A stretch of DNA of 64,000 nt. Origin: Promethearchaeota archaeon (GTDB lineage Archaea; Asgardarchaeota; Lokiarchaeia; Sigyniarchaeales; SOKP01). The translations under genes were made by a program, and so were the position numbers. Shown here in pieces: positions 29,735 through 38,526 of this stretch. The notes under the pieces are model-generated. The model had not been told where the DNA came from. It did not search any database and saw only the letters and a program-made list of their open reading frames with translations. The number at the start of each line of letters is the position of its first letter. Positions within the stretch are counted from its first letter, which is position 1. Location: positions 1-64,000 of the forward strand of contig JAHLWS010000080.1 in NCBI GenBank assembly GCA_019057795.1, read 5' to 3'.

Positions 29735-32054
29735 TTATTCTGGTGTCGCTCGTTTTTTCATAAATACATAGACGACGGTTATAACGGCAACTACTCCGAC
29801 TATTGATACAACAACAATAACAATAGTTGGATCATCCCAACTTTTGGTTATAATTACATCCTTAGATGTTTCATGTCCTAACGTATCATTCGCATAGAAA
29901 GTAATAGTTATTGAGCCTTCAGACAATGCAGCCCATACTGTTTGGTCAATAGTAGCATTCGTATTAATAGCGTAAATGGTTAACCCTCCGTCAAGCGTGT
30001 ACCACCGTTTATCCAGAAAATCATCAGTAATTGTAACACTAAAACTTGGAGCACTAGTTCCAAAAACATCGTCTTCGGAAGGAGTATTAACGATTATCGA
30101 TGGGGCACCGTCTTCTGCTATAGGTAAATAATCTATGCTTCCAGCAGTACCCCCTATATATGGGTACTCATAATCTACAATTCCATCATTTGGACTTACA
30201 TCTGGACTAGTCCAATTATCCCAGTAATTACCAATTGTCGTGCTATTCCATTTGTTATCAGTTCCAGCATCCAAAGCATGTATTCCATTTTTTAGAAAGA
30301 AGTTCTCATAAATGATATTATAATAGCAAAAAGGTTCTATATACATTCCATAATAATTGTTATCGCTTAGGATGTTTCCCGAAATCGTACTATTATCGCA
30401 ATGATCAAAAAGTATTCCTGCAAACCCATTATCGTTTACTAAATTTCCCGAAATCGTACTATTATCGCAATCTTCTAAATATATCCCAAGAAAGATGTTA
30501 TTGTTTGCGGTGTTTCCCGAGATTTTATTATCATAACATGCACTATATAAACATATCCCGCGAACGCTATCATTCGCGGTGTTTTCCGAGATCGTATTAT
30601 TATTGCAATTGCTATCTAACCATATCCCGCGATTGCTATCATTCGCAATGTTTCCCGAGATCGTATTATTATTGCAATAATCTTCTAAATATATCCCTGA
30701 ATAGTCGTTATCGTTTGCGGCGTTTCCTGATATGGTATTGTTATTGCTATAGTATAAAGATATCCCGTAATCGTTATTTGTACAGTTGTTATTAATTAAT
30801 CGAGAATTATTCACGTTTTCTAAGTAGATTCCTACCTTAGAATGATAAATCAGGCACTCTCGAACGATGAAAGAGACGTTTGAATTACTTACGTAAATGC
30901 CGTACTCGAATCCAAAACCACTTATTTTTAGGTTTTCAATGATATATGGATTATTCCATGTTCCGTTACCTGAACACCATGATTGAGTTTTTGCCCACGT
31001 CCAATTATGTGCGTCGACACCTGTGGCAGTACCATTGATATATAGGTAATTGTAATGTGGAATTTGAACAATAATTATTTTCTATGATATTACCTATACA
31101 CTCAAATTCATAAATGCACCATCCATTATCTGTCAAGATATTATCTGAGATATTATTGTAGTCACTCTGATCGAGCCTTACACCTAAATCATTTGTGTTT
31201 ATTGTATTGCTTTCAATTGTATTGTTATCGCAATTTAATTCTAAATATATCCCGATTAAGGTATCGCTTACAAGGTTTCCCGAGATCGTATTATTATCGC
31301 AAAAATCTACTAAATATATCCCGATTAAGGTATCGCTTACAACGTTTCCCGAGAATTTATTATCATTACATTCACTATATAACGATATCCCAACCTCATT
31401 ATTTTCGTTTGCGGTGTTTCCCGAAATGATGTTATCTTTACTAAACGATAAACTTATTCCGTCATAATCGTTATTACTAGCGGTATTTCCCGAAAGAGTG
31501 TTGTTATCACAAGTTCCAGCGTGCATAGCGGTAAATATTATCCCCCAATTGTTGTTGTTTGCGGTGTTTCCCGAGATCGTATTATTATCACAATCATATA
31601 ATAAATATATCCCTACAAAGTTGTTATTTGCGGTGTTTCCCGAAATAGTTCCGTTTTGTGTGTTTTCCAATTTGATTCCCGCATCACTCCATTCCGATCC
31701 CGAGTTGTAAACCGTGCAATTTCTGATTATAAAATGATCATTTTTGGAGTTGTTTATGATAATTCCACTCCCAGTACCACCACAATCAACCGTAACATTT
31801 TCAATTATATAGGGCTCTTGCCATGTGCCTTGACCATAACACCAAGGTTGATTAACTGCCCATGTCCAATTACCAGAATATGTGGTATTATAGGTCATTA
31901 ATGCATCAATCATTTTGCCCGGATAACCACTTGAACTCTTCAGGTTATTAAAGGTAGTCTGTTCAACCTTAAAATCAAGCTTAATGTTAGGCAAAAACAC
32001 GAAGCTCATTCCTAAAATAATTAGGATTATTATTTTTTTCGCATTAGATTTCAT
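29735..32054 (-). pseudogene. Membrane-anchored double beta-helix (NosD/CASH) protein split by a frameshift
   Basis: ORFs 31005..32054 and 29735..30814 join if one AT is restored in the (AT)n at 31038-31044; signal peptide, C-terminal TM plus KKR. Confidence 0.88.
30370..31650 (-). repeat. Coding tandem repeats of about 66-78 bp (beta-helix coils)
   Basis: 33-bp identity at 31241/31310 and 24-bp identity at 30586/30655, each 69 bp apart. Confidence 0.85.
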
Positions 32055-32260
32055 TTTATTTTTCCTTAAAATTATCGTTAACTAATAAGATGATAATGAA
32101 TTATTTAATCCTTTTCTTTATTTATGGTCTTACGATGCTCTCGAGATTGACTAAAAAGTAAAAGAAAAGACGACAATTTTGTATAAATAATCTTATTTAC
32201 GTAAGTGATGTTTGTTTTTAGATTCTTGTAATATAGGTATCAATCAATAAAAAATTGCTA

Positions 32261-32412
32261 TTACTAATCAGATTAAGATAGTTCTAATTAAAGTTAAATT
32301 AGACATGATCAAATATTTAAGATTGAAATAAGATGAAATTTTATTAAGGAATAATAATTGAATGATCTTCTTTAATACGGTCTAAAACAATTTCAGTTTT
32401 AACTTCTTCAAC
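32261..32412 (-). repeat. Orphan copy of the Lrp gene 3' end plus downstream DNA
   Basis: Matches 34237..34388; encodes VEEVKTEIVLDRIKEDHSIIIP*. Confidence 0.95.
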
Positions 32413-32476
32413 AACAGAGGGAAAAGACTTATTCGACATAATAATATTCTTTATCTATGGTCAGTATAGTTGAATA

Positions 32477-32956
32477 CTAAAGTGTAATCCATATATTAAG
32501 AGGATTTTCAATTTTTGGTCCTAAAGATTGAAATGATTCATGTTTGAAGTGAACATCACATGAATACATCACATCGATTTCTTTATAGATTGGTAGGACG
32601 CAGAGATAATCCCAGATATGGATTCCACTTTGTAAGCTCATATCTAAGGCTTTATTTACATGTTTGATTGTATTCTCAAACCAGATAATAAATTCACTTG
32701 TTAGTAATTGAAAACAATATCTTTGTACATTATCTAATGGGATCCGCATTCCTCGAAAACCTAAAATATGAAATATTTCACAAAGTTGATGATGTGTCAT
32801 AAATATTTCATTTTGGCTTATTTGGTTTTTTAAAAATTTTTTAGCTCTTTCATGGAATTTGTTAGCATTCTGAAAATCTGATTCCTTTGAGAATTTTTCG
32901 GATTTAGGTTTCTTTTTAGAAAAAATCCATATTTCAGTATCTATGAAGACCCTCAT
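32477..32956 (-). CDS. PIN-domain toxin
   Basis: MRVFIDTEIW...LCEIFH...IWDY...YSCDVHF; likely start 32956. Confidence 0.85.
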   Translation of the reverse strand: MRVFIDTEIWIFSKKKPKSEKFSKESDFQNANKFHERAKKFLKNQISQNEIFMTHHQLCEIFHILGFRGMRIPLDNVQRYCFQLLTSEFIIWFENTIKHVNKALDMSLQSGIHIWDYLCVLPIYKEIDVMYSCDVHFKHESFQSLGPKIENPLNIWITL

Positions 32957-32957
32957 T

Positions 32958-33236
32958 CTATACACCAATATCTTCAAAATCATATTCTTTAAAATCATCT
33001 GGTCCTGCGCCTTCAACAGTTTCTTCTAATAATTCTAGAAATTTCTTTCTATCTTGTTTAAGTTTTAGACTTTTCGATGAATTTTTATCGACAGTGTTTT
33101 GCCTTTCTTCTAAAAGATAATTTATTGCCCTTTCTAAGGTCACTCTTTTACCCCTCTCTTTAGTCAATTCCCCTGCTAAACGATGTAATTTTTCAAGAGT
33201 CTTCTTTGATACTTTTATAGTTGTATTTTCACTCAT
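32958..33236 (-). CDS. RHH-type antitoxin
   Basis: TTIKVSKKTLEKL...TLERAINYLL; abuts the PIN gene. Confidence 0.8.
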   Translation of the reverse strand: MSENTTIKVSKKTLEKLHRLAGELTKERGKRVTLERAINYLLEERQNTVDKNSSKSLKLKQDRKKFLELLEETVEGAGPDDFKEYDFEDIGV

Positions 33237-33509
33237 ATAGTATATATAGTATAATAGGTATATAAAGTATACTTGAATTTAATATTAAAACAAGTTATAT
33301 CAGATTTTTTTTCTATTATTAAATCTTAGACATTATGAAAATTACTTTTTAATTACATTTTCAATGATTTTAACTACCCCATTTTTCCCCCACCCCCGTG
33401 GATGGTGCCCTCTCCTAAAAAAAAAATTACTATATATTGCTAGTTTTGAAAAGATATAATAACTGTCATTTACTATATTATAATGACAATTAGAAAGATG
33501 AAAATACAA

Positions 33510-33758
33510 ATGACTGAAAAAATTACTCAAAAAGTCTCATCAAATGGAAGGATTGTAATACCAAAAGAATGGAGAGACAAGTTAGCTATTGAAGATAAAA
33601 ATGAGGTTGAGATGGAATTGAAGGACGATAAGACCATTTTAATCAAAAAAAAGACACATCCTCTTGAGATTGAAGATAATTTATTTGAAGATGTGCCTCC
33701 ATTTACAGAGGAAGAGTTAGATCAAGCAAAAAAATCATTATTTCCTAGTGAGGAATAA
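33510..33758 (+). CDS. AbrB/MazE-family antitoxin
   Basis: KVSSNGRIVIPKEWRDKLAI. Confidence 0.9.
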   Translation: MTEKITQKVSSNGRIVIPKEWRDKLAIEDKNEVEMELKDDKTILIKKKTHPLEIEDNLFEDVPPFTEEELDQAKKSLFPSEE

Positions 33759-33786
33759 TCAAAAAATTGATGGTTCTTGATATAAA

Positions 33787-34188
33787 ATGATAGAAAAAGC
33801 AGTAATTGATGCTCAGGTTCTATTTTATTTCCATTATAACTATCAAAAAATTCCCCCAATACTCCAACAATTGAAAAAAAAAGTAATAAATGGAGAAATA
33901 ACAGTTATCCTACCTACAATTGCAATCGCAGAATTACTTTGGAAAATGAGAAAAGCTGGGAAAACAATCGCATTTGAGGAGGCTCTCAATCGATGGGAAC
34001 GCTCAGAAAATATCATTATCGATGATTTTAATATAACAATCATTAAATTGATGGTACAAAATGCTAAAAGTCACGAATTGCATGATGAAATCATCGCTAT
34101 GACGTGTAAAAAGCACGATACGAACATTATTTACTCCAATGATAAAAAATTTAAAGAAATATTCAATTTACAACTAAGATCTTGGTAG
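33787..34188 (+). CDS. VapC-like PIN toxin
   Basis: AVIDAQV, PTIAIAEL, ELHDEIIA, YSNDKKF. Confidence 0.88.
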   Translation: MIEKAVIDAQVLFYFHYNYQKIPPILQQLKKKVINGEITVILPTIAIAELLWKMRKAGKTIAFEEALNRWERSENIIIDDFNITIIKLMVQNAKSHELHDEIIAMTCKKHDTNIIYSNDKKFKEIFNLQLRSW

Positions 34189-34236
34189 TAGAGGTTTGCA
34201 TTTTTATTCTCCCTCTATAACATTTATTCATAAGAA

Positions 34237-34388
34237 TTACTGATCAGAGTAAGATAGTTCTAATTAAAGTTAAATTAGACATGATCAAATATTTAATATT
34301 GAAATAAGATGATATTTTACTAAGGAATAATAATAGTTGTATCTTCTTTTATTCGATCTAATACGATTTGGGTCTTAATTTCTTCAAC
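34237..34388 (-). repeat. Native Lrp 3' end plus downstream DNA (repeat partner)
   Basis: Matches 32261..32412. Confidence 0.95.
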
Positions 34389-34793
34389 ACCGGGAAGATT
34401 TCGCAATTTCTCAATTAGAATCATCGAATCTTCGTGATCCAGACATTTAGCCATGATAAACAAGGGATATTCGCCAGTAACTACATACGCATACTTTATC
34501 TTTTCCATACCTTCAATATGTTCCTTAATGCGTTCCAAAGGCTCAGAAGAGTTTACTCGTAAGGAAGCTATTACCATTTCGCGATATCCTAACTGACGGC
34601 AATCTATTAAAGCTACGTATTTTTTTATAAGTTTTTCTTCTAACCTTACTATTCGAGACCTTATAGCAGTAGGACTTTTTCCAACTTTAACAGAAATCTC
34701 TTTTATTGTAATTTTTGCATCGTTTTGTAGTAATTCTAAAATGTCCTTATCAATTCCATCAATCTCTGGAAGTTTCATGTTTGTTGCTGTCAT
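34320..34793 (-). CDS. Lrp/AsnC transcriptional regulator
   Basis: IDKDILELLQNDAK...RSRIVRLE; VTGEYP; divergent from the hdr operon. Confidence 0.93.
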   Translation of the reverse strand: MTATNMKLPEIDGIDKDILELLQNDAKITIKEISVKVGKSPTAIRSRIVRLEEKLIKKYVALIDCRQLGYREMVIASLRVNSSEPLERIKEHIEGMEKIKYAYVVTGEYPLFIMAKCLDHEDSMILIEKLRNLPGVEEIKTQIVLDRIKEDTTIIIP

Positions 34794-35088
34794 GGTATTA
34801 AACCAATTTTAATTTAAATTATTTTTAACTATATTTTTCTTATTATTTTTATATTTTTTAAAAATTTAATTCTCTAAAGCTTTATTAAGATTTTATTGCT
34901 TATAATTTTTTCACTAAAATCACACTTTACTTTAGTGATTTTTTATAGATAAATCAATTTCTTATAGTTAAAAAAACTACTATTTAAATATTATTTAATA
35001 TTTCTTTACTACAAAGATATCATAAATTAATTTAATTTGATATCAAAATAAGAAAAAATAGATAAAATAACTATAAAAGTGGAAAAAA

Positions 35089-35313
35089 ATGGCAGATATA
35101 ACACTTAATGCAGTAGGAAAAAAATGTCCTATGCCGGTTTTAATGACGAAAAAGGAACTAAAAAAAATGAGTTCAGGACAGACTCTTGAACTTATTGTCG
35201 ACGATACAGGTGCTATAAAAGATGTACCAGCTCTTCTGAATAAAACTGGCGATGAATTATTGGAAACTAAAGAAGATGGGGATCATTTAATATTTATGAT
35301 CCAAAAAGCTTAA
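35089..35313 (+). CDS. tusA: TusA/SirA sulfur carrier
   Basis: GKKCPMPVL (CPxP), DD.GA..DVP. Confidence 0.92.
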   Translation: MADITLNAVGKKCPMPVLMTKKELKKMSSGQTLELIVDDTGAIKDVPALLNKTGDELLETKEDGDHLIFMIQKA

Positions 35314-35342
35314 GATTAGATTATATGAGGAAAGTATTTGCG

Positions 35343-35711
35343 ATGACATCTTATTCATTCTTTATTAGTACAGAACCTTATAAATTTGAAGCTATTGATT
35401 CTCTAATTGAGATCTGTAAAGCTATGATTAGGAAGGGAAATTCAGTAAAGGGATTATTCTTTTACGGCTCGGGAGTATACAACTTGAAGAAAGACATTAG
35501 TAGTGGCACTTCAATCAGGAACATTCCAAAGAAGTTAGAAGAATTTTGCGGTGAAAATAAGATACCTGTTGTCGGTTGTAGTACGTGGGTTAGTCTTACA
35601 GGCTTAAACGAAAGCAATTTCATCAATGGAGCAACCGAAGAGGGATTAGGGGACTTCTCAAATTGGGCTATAGAATCAGACAAATTAATTGTTTTCGGAA
35701 CGGGGGGCTAA
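35343..35711 (+). CDS. dsrE: DsrE/TusD sulfurtransferase
   Basis: TEPY, FFYGSGVY, conserved Cys in GCSTW. Confidence 0.85.
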   Translation: MTSYSFFISTEPYKFEAIDSLIEICKAMIRKGNSVKGLFFYGSGVYNLKKDISSGTSIRNIPKKLEEFCGENKIPVVGCSTWVSLTGLNESNFINGATEEGLGDFSNWAIESDKLIVFGTGG

Positions 35712-35716
35712 AAACT

Positions 35717-36085
35717 ATGGTAGAATCTGTTGTTATTATAACCGATCAATCGCCAACGGGTAAGAATTCTGCTGCTGAAGCGATCCGAATTGGTTCGGGA
35801 TTTGTAGCTCTTGGAGAAATTATTAATTGCCAAATAGTTCTCACTGGAGACGCGGTTTATCTTTTAAACAAAAAAGCAAAACCTACAGCCGTTGGTATGG
35901 ACCCCGTAGATGAAACTATCGAAATGGCTGACTTATCGGACTTAGAATTATATGTTTTAGATAAATCGTTAAAAGATGCCGGTTTAACCGTTGAAGATTT
36001 AATTGAATACGAGAACTTAAAGGTCATTAGTATTGAAGCATTAATCGATTTAATCGAACAAGCAGACACCTGCTTTAGGTTTTAA
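35717..36085 (+). CDS. dsrF: DsrF/TusC
   Basis: SPTG...AEAIR, GDAVYLL, KSLKDAGL. Confidence 0.8.
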   Translation: MVESVVIITDQSPTGKNSAAEAIRIGSGFVALGEIINCQIVLTGDAVYLLNKKAKPTAVGMDPVDETIEMADLSDLELYVLDKSLKDAGLTVEDLIEYENLKVISIEALIDLIEQADTCFRF

Positions 36086-36100
36086 CGGGGTAATATAAAA

Positions 36101-36451
36101 ATGACGCAAGAATTGAGTGAATTTAATTTTTTATATTTATTTGGGTTTAGCGAAATTACAGGGAACCATTTAGAGCGATTATTACCAATATTGAAAGGCC
36201 AGATTAAAAAAGGAAGCCAAATTGGGCTCGTTTTGATTCACGATGGGGTGATTGGTATTAATAAGAGAGGCCGAATTACAAAGGCAATGGAAGAGCTTCT
36301 CAGCTTGAAAGTTACATTATATGCGATGATCCCCGATTTGAAAGCCCGTGGAATAGCTTTGGAGCAAACTCACGATAAAATTAAACGAATTGAATACGAC
36401 GACTTAATCGATCTTTTAGATAATAGGCTAAAAATAATATCTTGGATGTAA
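36101..36451 (+). CDS. dsrH: DsrH/TusB
   Basis: LIHDGV, DLKARGI, IEYDDLIDL, ends ISWM. Confidence 0.85.
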   Translation: MTQELSEFNFLYLFGFSEITGNHLERLLPILKGQIKKGSQIGLVLIHDGVIGINKRGRITKAMEELLSLKVTLYAMIPDLKARGIALEQTHDKIKRIEYDDLIDLLDNRLKIISWM

Positions 36452-36554
36452 TTAGTCCGAGACAAGAATTAAGATTTTTTTAATAACATATCAAGAGAAA
36501 TTAGTTAAAAATTTAGTAAAAATATAAAAAAAAACAGAAAAAAAAGTGTTTAAA

Positions 36555-36971
36555 ATGGCTGAAAAAATGAGTTTTATTGTAAGTGATAAATCCTTCGAGA
36601 AATTTATGATGGCAACGATTCTTGGGACTACTGGAGCAGCAATGGACACTGAAATGAACTTTTTCTTTACTTTTTGGGGTTTAAACCTCTTAAAAAGAAA
36701 GTTTAAGCCTAAAGCAACTGGCATGCCAACCGGAATGAAAGGGATGGGTGCTATGATGTTTAGGAAAAAGTTAAAGAAATTTGGGATTGATAATCCTTGG
36801 AAATTAATCAAGGACGCTGTTGAAGACGGTAAAATGAAGCTTTATCCATGTCTAATGACTATGGATTTAATGGGTATAAAAAGAGAACAAATGTGGGACT
36901 TTGTTGAAGATCCAATTGGAGCAGCAGGTTTCATGGAAATTAGCGAAGGAGCAAATGTAATATCGTTATAG
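36555..36971 (+). CDS. DsrE2-like sulfurtransferase
   Basis: FFTFWGLNLL, YPCLMTMDLMG, GAAGF. Confidence 0.9.
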   Translation: MAEKMSFIVSDKSFEKFMMATILGTTGAAMDTEMNFFFTFWGLNLLKRKFKPKATGMPTGMKGMGAMMFRKKLKKFGIDNPWKLIKDAVEDGKMKLYPCLMTMDLMGIKREQMWDFVEDPIGAAGFMEISEGANVISL

Positions 36972-37038
36972 ATATTACTCTAAATTTTTTTTTTTTTTAT
37001 TATTCAAGATAATTAAACAGTAAAAAAGATGGTAAAAA

Positions 37039-37605
37039 ATGTCTGATACGAAAGAATACCACCGAGAATTTAAAACTAACGAAGATTTTGATAAAGATTA
37101 TTTTAAAAATATAGAAAGAAAGTCTAATATTTGGCAATGCATTCAATGTGGAACATGTACGGCGAGCTGTGAAAGTGGTAGATGGACCGCATTAAAAACT
37201 CGTATGATTATACGAAAAGTTGTTCTTGGAGATTTATCAGTGCTAAGCGATCCTGATATTTGGTTGTGTACTACATGCTATCAATGTTATGAGCGTTGTC
37301 CTCGCGATGTGAGGCCCACAGATGTTATTATGGAATTGAGGAACTACGCAACTAAACTGGGAAATATATCACCAAATCATAGGGCTGTTGTAGGGTACTT
37401 AACAAACTATGGACATGCGGTACCGATAAATGACGAAATAAAACAACGAAGGGTTGAATTAGGATTAGACGAACTTCCTCCCACTGCGTTTAAATTTAAA
37501 CAAGAAGGGGACGGAAAAGATTTGAAGAAATTTGAAGAACATTTGTTTGATCTTCCTCCAGTTAAGGAAATTAAGGAGGAAAAAAAGAAGGAGGAGGAGA
37601 AATAA
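37039..37605 (+). CDS. hdrC: Heterodisulfide reductase subunit C
   Basis: CIQCGTCTASC, WLCTTCYQCYERCPR, GHAVP. Confidence 0.95.
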   Translation: MSDTKEYHREFKTNEDFDKDYFKNIERKSNIWQCIQCGTCTASCESGRWTALKTRMIIRKVVLGDLSVLSDPDIWLCTTCYQCYERCPRDVRPTDVIMELRNYATKLGNISPNHRAVVGYLTNYGHAVPINDEIKQRRVELGLDELPPTAFKFKQEGDGKDLKKFEEHLFDLPPVKEIKEEKKKEEEK

Positions 37606-37608
37606 GTA

Positions 37609-38526
37609 ATGGTAAAAGAAAATACATTTGCGTTTTTTTTAGGGTGTCTCATGCCTAATAGATATCCTGCTATTGAAAAAGCTACGATGTATGTTATGGA
37701 AAAATTAGGTTATACTTTATTAGATATGGAGAGAGCTACATGTTGTCCCGCTCCAGGAGTATTTCGCTCGTTCAACAAATTTGATTGGATGGTGGCAGGT
37801 GCTAGAAACCTCTGTATAGCTGAAAAACTTGATGTGGATATTATTACTGTCTGTAATGGATGTTTTGGAACGCTCCAAGAGATTAACAAACATTTAAAAG
37901 AAAACGAAGAGCATAGGGAATTGGTAAACGAAAAACTGAAACTTCTTGGCGATTATGAGTTTAAAGGAACGATCGATGTCCGACATATTGCCGAAGTGTT
38001 AGGATATGAAGTTGGTCCTTGGGGTATTGAAGAAGTTATAATTAGAAAAGTTAACGCCCGCGCTGCGGTACATTACGGCTGTCACTTTCTAAAACCAACT
38101 AGAATTAGAGAGATTGAAAGCTCTGAGGGACCAACGATCGTAGAAGAGTTTATTGAAGCGTTAGGGGTAGAATCTGTAAGATTTAAAGAACAATTAACTT
38201 GTTGCGGCGCTGGCGGAGGGGTAAAAGCGTACTCTGGCGACGCAAGCATGACGATTTTTGGAGAAAAAATGAAAAATATTGATGAAGTAAAACCTGATTT
38301 TATATTAGATATATGTCCCTTCTGTCATCTCCAATTTGAGACGGGACAAGATTATCTCAATAAAAATAAAGATTGTAATTACGATTATCCAGTTATTCAC
38401 ATTTCGCAACTTGTTGCGTATTGTATGGGGATGGACCAAGAATTTGTTGGTCTTCAATACCAATTAATGGGCAGAGATTACATTTTTGGTCGGCAAGAAA
38501 TCAAAAAAGAAGAGGAGGTCGTGTAA
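37609..38526 (+). CDS. hdrB: Heterodisulfide reductase subunit B
   Basis: FLGC, CCPAPG, CNGC, HYGCH, CCGAGGG, CPFCHLQF. Confidence 0.95.
   Translation: MVKENTFAFFLGCLMPNRYPAIEKATMYVMEKLGYTLLDMERATCCPAPGVFRSFNKFDWMVAGARNLCIAEKLDVDIITVCNGCFGTLQEINKHLKENEEHRELVNEKLKLLGDYEFKGTIDVRHIAEVLGYEVGPWGIEEVIIRKVNARAAVHYGCHFLKPTRIREIESSEGPTIVEEFIEALGVESVRFKEQLTCCGAGGGVKAYSGDASMTIFGEKMKNIDEVKPDFILDICPFCHLQFETGQDYLNKNKDCNYDYPVIHISQLVAYCMGMDQEFVGLQYQLMGRDYIFGRQEIKKEEEVV

Noticed and set aside
30370-31650. CRISPR array or DGR suggested by ~69-bp periodicity
   Set aside because: The units are in-frame beta-helix coils; there are no cas genes or reverse transcriptase.
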